A stretch of 64,000 nt of DNA from Candidatus Omnitrophota bacterium (GCA_030691865.1 JAUYDL010000029.1:4721-68720); one strand, 5' to 3'. Shown: positions 19,460-28,644, counted from the stretch's first letter. Notes: generated by a model not told the origin, from the sequence alone. Made by a program: numbers and translations.

Positions 19460-21304
19460 TTAGATAGGGTCTACATCCACCGTCACTATTATACCTGAAA
19501 AATGCCCTTCTTTTAAGTGTAATTTTAAAAAATGGCTGGCTTTCTCTACGTTAGGCGCGCGCATTAATATCTGATAATAAAAATTCTCCCGCAATTTAGC
19601 CGGTTGCCCGGGATTAAGGGAGAGCATTTTTATACTGCTTGTCTTAATCTTATTTAATTTTTCAAATAAATCACAAGCAGACTGCTTAACCTTTTCCAAA
19701 CTTTCCCCTCTTAATCTAACCAGGATCATATGTTTAAAAGGTGCAAAGTTTAGCTGTTTGCGTTGTTTTAATTCCTCTTTATAAAACAACCTTGAATCAT
19801 TCTTAATCAAAGCCTGAAAGCAATGATGGTTAACATTAGCGCTTTGAATAATTATCGACTTAGATGTTAAACTAACTAACCCCATCAGCAGATTAAAAGT
19901 TTTCTCAGCAGCGCGAAAATCCACCCGGTTAAGCGAATTATCTATCGCCAAAACCCCTATTAAATCAAAATTTATTTCCTGGTGTTTAATTACCGAGCTG
20001 GTAGCAACAAAAATATCCACATTCATACGCGCCTGTGGGAAAATTCTCGCCAGTTCGCTTTCTACCTTTTCTGTGCCGATACCTGAATATTTAATATAAC
20101 CGGCATTACAATGTGGACAGATTTTAGGCACCGGCATTTTAAAATTGCAATGATGACATTTTAATTTATCATCATCAAAATGAAATACCAGATTAATATT
20201 GCAGCGCGGACATTTCAAAGCCACCTGGCAATTATGACAAGCAACCGTGGTAGCAAAACCTTTGCGATTAATCACCAATAAGACCTTACCTTTTTCAGCC
20301 AGGGCCATCTGTATCGCATCCAGCAAAAACTTTGAAAACATGGATTTGTTTTTTCTTTCCGCATAAGCCAGCCGGCGCACATCGATAACCTTAACAAGCG
20401 GGTAAGCCAGTTTTGAAGGAATAACTTCAAGATCCAGTTTACCTTTTTGCAACAGATAAAAACTTTCCAAAGATAAACAATGACTGCCCAGAATAACTCC
20501 TGAACCCTGAATCTGTGCGCGCATCAATCCAACTTCCCGGGCATGATAATGCGGAACCTGCTCCTGCTTATAAACCTGATCCTCTTCTTGGTCGATAATC
20601 ATCAACCCCAGATTATTCACGCAAGAGAAAATACTTGAGCGCGTACCGGCCACCACGCAGTAATCTGCTTGTCTGATTTTTTCCCAAATCTCCAGTTCAT
20701 TAGGCTGTTTGCGGAAGGAGATAAAAACTTCTTTCCCCAAACTCTTCTCCAATTTCTCTTTTACCCTTTCCACTGCTGCGATATTACTGCACAGAATAAT
20801 TACCGACTTTTTAGCCGCCAGAACTTTCTTAATCTCCCTTAGGTAAACCGGTATTCGGTCAAACCCCTGAACAAAAAGGGGACGTTTCCCTTTCTCAAGA
20901 GAAAGGGGACGGTTCTCTTTTTCTGAAACCTTATTAAGAGAACCGTCCCCCTGATTTAAGTCTTTCCCCTTCCTCAACTCATCCGGTAACGCCGCTTCAA
21001 TTGCCTCTCCCCAGGAACAACAATAATATTCCGCCAGCTCCTTAGTCAACTGAAGCATCGAATCATCCAAGATCGGGAATAAATCAATAACCGAGATAAT
21101 CTCTTTTAATTTTTTGATTTTAGTTTTATTATTTAATTCTACTACGTAGGCAACTTCTTTTTTGTTGCGGAAATTTACCCAAACTCTTGCTCCAATGTTA
21201 ACTTTGGCTTCCAGGCCCACCGGAACAAGGTAATCAAACGGGCCATCAATCGGCAGGCCCAACACCACATTAGCGTATAACACTAGCCAACTCCTTACAA
21301 GCAA
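19460..21304 (-). CDS. priA: Primosomal protein N' (PriA) homolog with degenerate helicase motifs and an in-frame REP-derived insertion.
   Basis: The N-terminal domain (GLPIDGPFDYLVP) and the Cys4 zinc fingers (CHNCQVALKCPRC... CHHCNFKMPVPKICPHC) match PriA. Where GVTGSGKTEVYL is expected it reads GFDRIPVYL. DEEH is replaced by DQEE, SAT by SHC, and QVAGRAGR by GLVSLTSK. Confidence 0.8.
   Translation of the reverse strand: MLVRSWLVLYANVVLGLPIDGPFDYLVPVGLEAKVNIGARVWVNFRNKKEVAYVVELNNKTKIKKLKEIISVIDLFPILDDSMLQLTKELAEYYCCSWGEAIEAALPDELRKGKDLNQGDGSLNKVSEKENRPLSLEKGKRPLFVQGFDRIPVYLREIKKVLAAKKSVIILCSNIAAVERVKEKLEKSLGKEVFISFRKQPNELEIWEKIRQADYCVVAGTRSSIFSCVNNLGLMIIDQEEDQVYKQEQVPHYHAREVGLMRAQIQGSGVILGSHCLSLESFYLLQKGKLDLEVIPSKLAYPLVKVIDVRRLAYAERKNKSMFSKFLLDAIQMALAEKGKVLLVINRKGFATTVACHNCQVALKCPRCNINLVFHFDDDKLKCHHCNFKMPVPKICPHCNAGYIKYSGIGTEKVESELARIFPQARMNVDIFVATSSVIKHQEINFDLIGVLAIDNSLNRVDFRAAEKTFNLLMGLVSLTSKSIIIQSANVNHHCFQALIKNDSRLFYKEELKQRKQLNFAPFKHMILVRLRGESLEKVKQSACDLFEKLNKIKTSSIKMLSLNPGQPAKLRENFYYQILMRAPNVEKASHFLKLHLKEGHFSGIIVTVDVDPI
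20875..20951. repeat. REP-like element, copy 5, inserted in-frame inside priA.
   Basis: GGGGACGTTTCCCTTTCTCAAGAGAAAGGGGACGGTTCTCTTTTTCTGAAACCTTATTAAGAGAACCGTCCCCC. It encodes ...GDGSLNKVSEKENRPLSLEKGKRPL..., which is absent from canonical PriA. Confidence 0.7.
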
Positions 21305-22361
21305 ACGGCTTTTTAATCTCCCTAATCCTTTGCCTTAACTCCAGGATTTTTTGCGGATTGTTTTTTAAATCCAAAACAAAATTTTTTATTTCCTCGATGT
21401 TTTTAGGGCTTACTACAATACCATATTCTGCTAAAGCTTCTACATTAGCTGTTTCCTGACCCGGGATAGCGCTAATAAATATCACCGGCAATTCCATAAT
21501 CAATACCTCGGTAATTGTAGCGCCTCCGGGCTTTGTAACTATACAATCAGAAACCGCCATTAATTCTTGAGCGTTATCCACAAACCCAAAGACTTTCACA
21601 TTCTCTAAATTTCGCTTTTGCAGGCGGGCAAAAAGTTTTTTATTTCTTGCGCAAACTACCAGCACCTGTGCCTCACACATAAGGCTTTCGGAAATTTCCT
21701 CAAGCGGCCCGGAACCAAATGATCCGGTCATAAGCAAAACTGTAAAACTATTTGGATTTATCCCAAATTTTTCTGCCAACTGAGCTCTATTTTGAGTTTT
21801 AACAAAACTAGGGCTAAACGGGATACCGGAAGCCTGAATTTTTTGTTCCTCTACCCCCATATTTAATAATTTATCCTTGGTTAACCTTGAGGCAACAACA
21901 TAAAGATCCGTGCCGTTTGAAACCCAAAACGGATGCACCCCGAAATCTGTAATTACCGTAATCAGTTTTGCCTGAACTTTATTTCTTAGTTTTAAATTGG
22001 CGGCCAGCTCCGAATTTAGAAAATGCGTAGAAATAATAAAATCAAACTCCTCTTTAATCAGATAATTCACGAACTTACGGAAGCTAAAATAATTTACAAT
22101 TAAAGAAGATTTACGGCTAATCCAGCGGGTCAACTTAAATTCAGTCATCCAAAAAAATAACCCCCAAAGCCAGGTGGCATAATTTACTAAAAACGGATAT
22201 CCGGAATTATAGCAAAAGCGTAAAATTGGATTGCCAAAAGGAAGGATGTCTACCAGCTTAAGTTTTAGGTCCTGGCGATTGTTTTTTAAATAATCATATG
22301 CTGCCTCAGCTGCCCTGCGATGGCCGGCACCTGCTGAAACATAAGTAACTAATACTTTCAT
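21270..22361 (-). CDS. GT28-family glycosyltransferase (MGDG-synthase/UgtP/MurG-like).
   Basis: MKVLVTYVSAGAGHRRAAEAAYDYL...; the C-terminal half shows a MurG-like GT-B fold. It overlaps the priA start by 35 nt. Confidence 0.6.
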   Translation of the reverse strand: MKVLVTYVSAGAGHRRAAEAAYDYLKNNRQDLKLKLVDILPFGNPILRFCYNSGYPFLVNYATWLWGLFFWMTEFKLTRWISRKSSLIVNYFSFRKFVNYLIKEEFDFIISTHFLNSELAANLKLRNKVQAKLITVITDFGVHPFWVSNGTDLYVVASRLTKDKLLNMGVEEQKIQASGIPFSPSFVKTQNRAQLAEKFGINPNSFTVLLMTGSFGSGPLEEISESLMCEAQVLVVCARNKKLFARLQKRNLENVKVFGFVDNAQELMAVSDCIVTKPGGATITEVLIMELPVIFISAIPGQETANVEALAEYGIVVSPKNIEEIKNFVLDLKNNPQKILELRQRIREIKKPFACKELASVIR

Positions 22362-22380
22362 AATCTTACCTGTTGAAATA

Positions 22381-22435
22381 AAAGGGGACGGTTCTATTTT
22401 TACCGAGTCGAGTTCTAGAAAAATAGAACCGTCCC
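22381..22435. repeat. REP-like element, copy 6.
   Basis: AAAGGGGACGGTTCTATTTTTACCGAGTCGAGTTCTAGAAAAATAGAACCGTCCCC. Confidence 0.8.
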
Positions 22436-22438
22436 CAT

Positions 22439-22981
22439 TTATTTTTTAATCAGAAATTCCGCTGCTGCCAGGAGATCTTTAAACACAAAATCCGGCTTTG
22501 CTTCCCAGTTCTTTTGATTAGATAATTTCTCTTTGCCGGAAAGAATAAGAACGGATTTAGCGCCCACGGCATGAGCAGTCAGCACATCGCGTATAGTGTC
22601 ACCCACAAAATATGCTTCTTTTAGGTTAACCTTAAATTCCCGCGCGGCTTTCTTAAGCAAACCCGGTTTGGGCTTGCGGCAGCTACAGCATGCCTCTTTG
22701 CGATGCGTACAATAATAAACTTTAGTAATTTTGCCGCCTGCTTGCTCAATATCCTCAAGCATCTTAGTAGTTATGCTATCTAAGGTCTTTTGAGCGTAAG
22801 CCCCTTTACCTACTCCTGCCTGATTGGAAGCCACAAAAATTTTATACCCTGCCTTACTCAACAATGCAATTGCTTGCTTTGCACGCGGCAGAAACCTAAA
22901 CTTCCTGAGCGAAGTTACATACAATCTATCGCCAGGATATTTGTTTATTACACCGTCTCTATCTAGAAACACAATCTTCAT
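22439..22981 (-). CDS. gmhB: D-glycero-D-manno-heptose 1,7-bisphosphate phosphatase (HAD-IIIA).
   Basis: MKIVFLDRDGVIN... and CxCRKPKPGLL, with the HAD motifs. Confidence 0.75.
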   Translation of the reverse strand: MKIVFLDRDGVINKYPGDRLYVTSLRKFRFLPRAKQAIALLSKAGYKIFVASNQAGVGKGAYAQKTLDSITTKMLEDIEQAGGKITKVYYCTHRKEACCSCRKPKPGLLKKAAREFKVNLKEAYFVGDTIRDVLTAHAVGAKSVLILSGKEKLSNQKNWEAKPDFVFKDLLAAAEFLIKK

Positions 22982-23065
22982 AGTTCTATAATTTTACTCA
23001 GTTAACGGGTGACTTGGGTATTTTCGAAGCGCGTCAGCGCTAGAAAATACCCAAGACAGGCCCCG

Positions 23066-23821
23066 TTAACAGTATTTATCTTTGTTTTGCATCTCTCTAA
23101 ACTTACAGTAACTCAATATCTGATACAGTGTGTCAAAGAAAGCAATAATAAACCCATACATACCATCCTTATACGCCTTCTTCCTAATATATCTTCTAAA
23201 GAAACGATCTTGCGCTCTCCAGATAGCCCACAGTAGTGTCATCTTGCGCCCGGTTTTAATCCACTTTTGGGCTTCCAGAGTTGACTGACGATTAACGCTA
23301 TTTAAGAAATGCTCCAGATCCGGATAGCCCCGATGAATAATATCAGATTTTAAATGCCCGCACGCGCCATCAATGAAAGCCCGCGGATGCACCTGGGCCT
23401 CCTCATATTTAAATTTATCTTTTTGAAAAAGCCGCACCTTAGAAGCCGGATACCAGCCGCCATATCTTACCCAGTAATTGCTGATAAAGTTGCGCAGTGG
23501 GATATCATAAGCCACAAAATCCCCGGACTCAATCGCCTGCTGGATCTCTATTCTTAACTCCGGAGTAACCACTTCATCCGCATCCAGGCTCAAAACCCAT
23601 TGGTTTTTTGCCTGCGCATACCCCCAATTCCGGTGTTTACCCTCAATATCCATCTTACGGAAAAAAATCCTGGCATTATATTTCTTTACGATCTCCACTG
23701 TCTTATCCGTACTCTCATCATCCACCACAATAATCTCATCCGCCCATTTCACTGACTCCAGACACGCCGCGATACAAGACTCTTCATTTTTTGTTAAAAT
23801 CATCACCGATAACTTAGCCAT
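23066..23821 (-). CDS. GT2-family glycosyltransferase (LPS-core type).
   Basis: LSVMILTKNEESCIAACLESVKWADEIIVVDDESTD. Confidence 0.7.
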   Translation of the reverse strand: MAKLSVMILTKNEESCIAACLESVKWADEIIVVDDESTDKTVEIVKKYNARIFFRKMDIEGKHRNWGYAQAKNQWVLSLDADEVVTPELRIEIQQAIESGDFVAYDIPLRNFISNYWVRYGGWYPASKVRLFQKDKFKYEEAQVHPRAFIDGACGHLKSDIIHRGYPDLEHFLNSVNRQSTLEAQKWIKTGRKMTLLWAIWRAQDRFFRRYIRKKAYKDGMYGFIIAFFDTLYQILSYCKFREMQNKDKYC

Positions 23822-23841
23822 TAACTTTCTCCTTGATAAAT

Positions 23842-23895
23842 GGGGACGGTTCTATTTTTCTAGAACTCATTTGCGGAAAAAATAGAACCGTCCCC
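23842..23895. repeat. REP-like element, copy 7, with its loop in inverted orientation.
   Basis: GGGGACGGTTCTATTTTTCTAGAACTCATTTGCGGAAAAAATAGAACCGTCCCC. The loop is the reverse complement of the loop in copies 4, 6 and 8. Confidence 0.8.
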
Positions 23896-23897
23896 AT

Positions 23898-25019
23898 TTA
23901 TTTAAACTCCTTCACAGATTGGATAATATAATCTTTTTCTTCGCCGGTTAAATCCGGATAAATAGGTAAAGTAAATGTCTGTTTTGCCGCCTTCTCAGCT
24001 TGCGGAAAATCACCGGCCTTATATCCTAAGTATTTAAAACATTTCTGCAGATGCAAGGGAACCGGATAAAATATGCGAGAGTCAATACCTTTTGCCTGCA
24101 GATGCTCCACAAAGGCCTTATTTGAAACTGGCGCCCTTAAAGTATACTGATGATAAATATGCGTGGAGTAAACAGGCACAATTGGCAACTTAATATCCAG
24201 CCCGGCTAAATTCCTATTATAATACTGAGCAACTTGTTGTCTGGACTTATTCCAAAGGTCTAAATATTTTAACTTGATATCAAGTACGGCCGCCTGAATG
24301 GTATCCATGCGATTATTGCGGCCCAAAACCAAATGATAATATTTATTTTTATTCCCCTGATTACGCAAAATCTTTAGTTTTTCAGCAACAGCTTTATTAT
24401 TCGTCAAAACTAACCCCGCATCGCCAAAAGCTCCCAGATTCTTACCCGGATAAAAACTCACTGCCCCGCAATCGCCCATAGTGCCGGCTTTCTTACCCTG
24501 ATATTCCGCCCCAAATGCCTGCGCCGTATCCTCAACAACTTTAATTTTATGCTTACGCGTCAGCTTTAAAATCCCATCCATATCCGCGCACGCTCCATAA
24601 AGATGCACCGGGATAATCGCCTTAATCTTAAACGGCATGCGCCGATTCTTCCTGCTTAATATCCTCTCTATACTTTTAAGTGAAATATTATAAGTATCTT
24701 CATCAATATCCGCAAAAACCGGCCGCGCCCCGATATTGGCCACTGCACCTGCCGTAGCATAATAAGTAAATGCCGGGCAAATTACCCCGTCCCCGGCTTT
24801 AATCCCCAACGCCAGCAAGGACAAGCTTATCGCGTCAGTACCGTTAGAGACCCCAATGGCATATTTTGCACCGGAATATTCAACAACATGCCGCTCAAAT
24901 TTATCCACCCCGGCTCCCAATATAAAACTCGTATTGTCAATTACCTCTTTAATTGCCGCATCTAACTCCTGGCGAATTGGCGCAATTTGTTTCTTAAGAT
25001 CTAACGCAGATATTTTCAT
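23898..25019 (-). CDS. DegT/DnrJ/EryC1/StrS-family PLP-dependent sugar aminotransferase.
   Basis: 373 aa with an AAT-I fold and a Lys-containing motif. The closest family resemblance is to ArnB/PseC/perosamine-synthetase-type enzymes. Confidence 0.8.
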   Translation of the reverse strand: MKISALDLKKQIAPIRQELDAAIKEVIDNTSFILGAGVDKFERHVVEYSGAKYAIGVSNGTDAISLSLLALGIKAGDGVICPAFTYYATAGAVANIGARPVFADIDEDTYNISLKSIERILSRKNRRMPFKIKAIIPVHLYGACADMDGILKLTRKHKIKVVEDTAQAFGAEYQGKKAGTMGDCGAVSFYPGKNLGAFGDAGLVLTNNKAVAEKLKILRNQGNKNKYYHLVLGRNNRMDTIQAAVLDIKLKYLDLWNKSRQQVAQYYNRNLAGLDIKLPIVPVYSTHIYHQYTLRAPVSNKAFVEHLQAKGIDSRIFYPVPLHLQKCFKYLGYKAGDFPQAEKAAKQTFTLPIYPDLTGEEKDYIIQSVKEFK

Positions 25020-25033
25020 CTTTCTCCTGCAAT

Positions 25034-25090
25034 AAAAGGGGACGGTTCTATTTTTCCCGAGTCCAGTTCTAGAAAAATAGAACCGTCCCC
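25034..25090. repeat. REP-like element, copy 8.
   Basis: AAAAGGGGACGGTTCTATTTTTCCCGAGTCCAGTTCTAGAAAAATAGAACCGTCCCC. Confidence 0.8.
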
Positions 25091-25101
25091 TTTTATTTTA
25101 T

Positions 25102-26172
25102 TTAACTTAATAACCTTGCCGCTGCATCAAACACCGCATCAACACTAACCTGCCTCAAACACTCCCTATCCTTTTCACAAGCCGGCATACGGAAATTCTT
25201 ATAACACGGCCGACAATCCATATCCCATTTTAAAACTACATGGTTCCTATTCTCAGGATACGGCCCATAAACCAGCTCGCTTACCGGGCCAAATATCGAA
25301 ACTGTCTTTACCCCCAAAGCCGCTGCCATATGCATCGGCCCGCCATCATTAGTAATCAGCAAATTACAATTTTTAATTACTGCCGGCAAAATCTCTAAGC
25401 TTGTTTTACCCACCAAATCTATCGGCTTATTGACCATGGCATGCACGATTACCTCTGCAATCTTTCGCTCTGATTCATCTCCCAAGATTACCACTTTGGC
25501 GCCGCACTTATCAATCAACTTATTCGCTACTTGGGCAAACTTTAATGCCGGCCAATGCTTTATCGCGGCATCCTTACCCCAACTACCGCCGGCACCGGGG
25601 AAAATACTAATAACACAATCAGTTTCTTCGATTCCAACTGAAGCCAAAATATTTTTTGCCTTCAATTCATCGTTTAAAAGAACGGTCAAAAACAGATTTT
25701 TATCATTAACCGGAATATTTAAGAATTTAAGCAGCTCTAAATAATACTCCACCACATGCTTATCATGATAACCATCCAGATCAACACGCTCAGTAAGAAA
25801 CCTACCCCTCCCCTTATAATTGAATCCAATCCGCTTCCTAATCCCGATTATTTTTGCCAATAGACTATAGCGGTGATCAAGAGAGAAATCAAGACAAATA
25901 TCAAAATGCTCTTTTTTTATCTCCCAAATGAGTCTAATGGCGCTCCATAATCCCTTAAAAAAAGACTCCTGATAAATTTTCTTAAGGTCCCCACGCGAAA
26001 GAGCAAAAACTTTATTAATTTGGGGGTTGTTTTCCAGAATCGGCTTAACCCGCAAATTTGACCAGTAACCGATAAAACTATCCGGATGCTGTCGCTTCAG
26101 CGCCTTGATTACCGGTGTGGTAAATAAAACATCCCCAATGCCGAAAGGATTAATAATTAATATTTTTTTCAT
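25102..26172 (-). CDS. ADP-heptose:LPS heptosyltransferase (GT9).
   Basis: MKKILIINPFGIGDVLFTTPVIKALKRQHP... with the GT9 C-terminal domain. Confidence 0.75.
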   Translation of the reverse strand: MKKILIINPFGIGDVLFTTPVIKALKRQHPDSFIGYWSNLRVKPILENNPQINKVFALSRGDLKKIYQESFFKGLWSAIRLIWEIKKEHFDICLDFSLDHRYSLLAKIIGIRKRIGFNYKGRGRFLTERVDLDGYHDKHVVEYYLELLKFLNIPVNDKNLFLTVLLNDELKAKNILASVGIEETDCVISIFPGAGGSWGKDAAIKHWPALKFAQVANKLIDKCGAKVVILGDESERKIAEVIVHAMVNKPIDLVGKTSLEILPAVIKNCNLLITNDGGPMHMAAALGVKTVSIFGPVSELVYGPYPENRNHVVLKWDMDCRPCYKNFRMPACEKDRECLRQVSVDAVFDAAARLLS

Positions 26173-26849
26173 ATGAGGACGTCGGCCAAATCCGATTGAT
26201 CGCTATCTTTCAACACATCAATAATTCTCTTGCGTAATTTAGGAGAAAAACCTATAAAGAAAAACTTCAATTTATCTGCTTCACCTTTATCAAGCAATGC
26301 CCTTATAATCCTAATTGCCATATCTAAGTCTTTGATCTTTTTGTCCTTTTTTGGCCGCCTTTCTGATACAATCAACTTATGTAAAGCAAAAAGGGCAGGA
26401 TGAGGCAAATTAATTCTAATGTCCTCAACTACAATATTTATAAGTTTCGCTGTAAGTAAATTAAGAAGCCTTAAGGGTTGAGCATTAATCCCAAGCTGGC
26501 CCAATTTATAAGGCTTATTTAAACCCGCGCCTTTCTCTGTTACCAGAAACTCCAGAATAAGCTCAGGATGATATAATTGGATATAACCGTCAGACCCCTT
26601 AAAATCAATAACAAAACCAAGCCCATCCAACAATTTTTCAATATCAATTTTGTTTTTTATTACAAGTGGCAGGGGAACAAATAAATCAAGGTCTCTTGTT
26701 GTTATAGAAGTGACATACTCTACATCTGAAAAATATTCTTTATAGAAAGGAACACACCAACTCCCAACAAGAACTAAATGTTTTAATATGCCGGAACTAT
26801 CCAGTCTTTTTAAGACTTCAACGCATAATTTATACTGGCTGCTTTCCAC
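26169..26849 (-). CDS. Pol-beta-fold nucleotidyltransferase (AbiEii/GSU2403-like), the toxin-like partner of the upstream small ORF.
   Basis: LVLVGSWCVPFY...TRDLDLFV fits the hG[GS]...[DE]h[DE]h pattern. The protein is a paralog of the 31180..31971 product. It overlaps the upstream ORF by 20 nt. Confidence 0.5.
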   Translation of the reverse strand: MESSQYKLCVEVLKRLDSSGILKHLVLVGSWCVPFYKEYFSDVEYVTSITTRDLDLFVPLPLVIKNKIDIEKLLDGLGFVIDFKGSDGYIQLYHPELILEFLVTEKGAGLNKPYKLGQLGINAQPLRLLNLLTAKLINIVVEDIRINLPHPALFALHKLIVSERRPKKDKKIKDLDMAIRIIRALLDKGEADKLKFFFIGFSPKLRKRIIDVLKDSDQSDLADVLI

Positions 26850-27159
26850 GTAAAGTACTCCGTAAAAACTTAATCTGTTTATTTAGTTTGCTTAAAGACT
26901 TACGGTAACTCGCGCGTTTAGACTGCAAAGACTTATATTTTCTAACTTCATCAGGCGAAAGCTTGCCCTTATAATTGTATAGAAACTTACCATTATGCCT
27001 TTGAACTAAATAAAAATAATAGTGTCCTTTAATTTTTTTACGGGCGAGACACCACTTAGGAAGCTTATCAAGTTCCTCTATATATCTTTTTTTCATACGC
27101 AGAGAGTTACCCAATTCTTCTGACAACACACCCTTAATTAAGCCTTTCATATAGCACAC
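26830..27159 (-). CDS. Small basic protein, a putative antitoxin or regulator partner of the nucleotidyltransferase.
   Basis: 109 aa and Lys/Arg-rich. It is translationally coupled to the NTase gene and has a palindromic operator immediately upstream. Confidence 0.4.
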   Translation of the reverse strand: MCYMKGLIKGVLSEELGNSLRMKKRYIEELDKLPKWCLARKKIKGHYYFYLVQRHNGKFLYNYKGKLSPDEVRKYKSLQSKRASYRKSLSKLNKQIKFLRSTLRGKQPV

Positions 27160-27163
27160 TCCT

Positions 27164-27205
27164 GTTAACCAACAATGTATATAATAATATATATTGTTGG
27201 TTAAC
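27164..27205. promoter_or_regulatory. Perfect 13-bp inverted repeat flanking an AT-rich promoter-like core; a putative autoregulatory operator.
   Basis: GTTAACCAACAAT-gtatataataatatat-ATTGTTGGTTAAC, lying 5 nt upstream of the ORF start at 27159. Confidence 0.45.
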
Positions 27206-27261
27206 TTATGTCAATTAATAATAAACCCCTATTAACAGGATGGTAAAGTCAAATTGGGCAA

Positions 27262-28644
27262 TTACCTTTTAAAATCATCTTCGAATCTTTCAATATCATC
27301 CTCAGCTAGATAATTTCCTGTTTGCACCTCCACAATTCTCAAGGTCTGATTAGTGGTATTTTCTAAGCGATGCTTTTTGCCTTTGGGTATATAAATGCTC
27401 TGGTTGCTATGCACCAGGGAAACTCCCCGGCCGCTTACCACCTTGGCCATACCGGAAACCACTACCCAATGCTCAGCGCGGCTTTTATGCCGCTGTAAAC
27501 TTAAACGTTTATGCGGCGTAATTTCAATAAGTTTAATCTTAAAATCGATGCCTTGCTGTAAAACCGTAAATGATCCCCACGGCCTTCTCTCCGTTAAATG
27601 CACCAGGTGCTCTTTACGGTTTAACGACTTCATCAGGCCCACCAACTTCTTAACATCTTGGGTCCTACCCCTATCACAAACCAACAGGGCATCCGGAGTA
27701 TCCGCGATAATCGTATCTTTAATGCCAATGGTCGAAACCAGCCGATTACCCTTTGAGAATACACACACGCCTTGACTATCTAAATTCAGAGCATCGCCAC
27801 TAACAATATTTCCCTTTTTGTCTTTCGGGAAGATTTCCGATAAAGCCTCCCAACTGCCTAAATCCGTCCAGTAAAAATCAGCAGGAATAAGCGCGATACG
27901 CTTAGAATGCTCCATAATTCCATAATCAACAGATATAGCATCAATTCTCGGCCAAATCTTAGGAATATCATTTACTGAATTAATCAGCCGCAGGTTAGTA
28001 TACAATCCGGGTAAATATTTTTTAACCTCTTCCAGTAAAACCGAAGCCTTCCAGATAAACATCCCGCTGTTCCAGAAAAATTTCTTGTTCTTAAAATATT
28101 CCTTTGCCTTATTTAAATCCGGCTTTTCCAGAAACTTCTCGACTTCCCAATAACCATCTTTTTTTTTATCTACTTTTATATAACCATAACCTATAGATGG
28201 CGCACTGGGTTTAATGCCCAGCGTAACCAAAAGATTATTTTTAGCGCAAGCGATTGCTTTTTTAAACGTCCTCTTAAAATTCTCAATATTCTTAATATAA
28301 TGGTCAGAAGGCAAAACCAAAAGCACCGCATCTTTATCAATCCGGCTGATTAATTTTGCGCACAACCCCACTGCCGGAGCAGTATTCTTGCCCTGCGGCT
28401 CTAAAATTATATTCTTATCCGGAATGCGAAACTTGGTAATCTGGGCTTTAACTTCATAAAAATAAATTTTATTGGTAATAATATAAGTATGCGCCGGGTC
28501 CACCACGCCTTTTAATCGCTGGATGGTCGACTGCAACAAGCTCTCCTGGCCAATAATTTTCATAAACTGCTTTGGCTCAAGCTCGCGTGAAAACGGCCAA
28601 AACCTGCTTCCTACTCCACCGGCTAAAATAACAGCGTATGTCAT
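27262..28644 (-). CDS. manC: Mannose-1-phosphate guanylyltransferase / mannose-6-phosphate isomerase (bifunctional, with a cupin C-terminus).
   Basis: MTYAVILAGGVGSRFWPFSRELEPKQF... and a C-terminal cupin (...HRLENTTNQTLRIVEVQTG). Confidence 0.85.
   Translation of the reverse strand: MTYAVILAGGVGSRFWPFSRELEPKQFMKIIGQESLLQSTIQRLKGVVDPAHTYIITNKIYFYEVKAQITKFRIPDKNIILEPQGKNTAPAVGLCAKLISRIDKDAVLLVLPSDHYIKNIENFKRTFKKAIACAKNNLLVTLGIKPSAPSIGYGYIKVDKKKDGYWEVEKFLEKPDLNKAKEYFKNKKFFWNSGMFIWKASVLLEEVKKYLPGLYTNLRLINSVNDIPKIWPRIDAISVDYGIMEHSKRIALIPADFYWTDLGSWEALSEIFPKDKKGNIVSGDALNLDSQGVCVFSKGNRLVSTIGIKDTIIADTPDALLVCDRGRTQDVKKLVGLMKSLNRKEHLVHLTERRPWGSFTVLQQGIDFKIKLIEITPHKRLSLQRHKSRAEHWVVVSGMAKVVSGRGVSLVHSNQSIYIPKGKKHRLENTTNQTLRIVEVQTGNYLAEDDIERFEDDFKR

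Noticed and set aside
4724-25090. Possible CRISPR array, suggested by recurring GGGGACGGTTC... repeats.
   Set aside because: The repeats are individually palindromic. They are separated by kilobases of genes, not by short uniform spacers, and there are no cas genes. The pattern is REP/MITE-like, not CRISPR.
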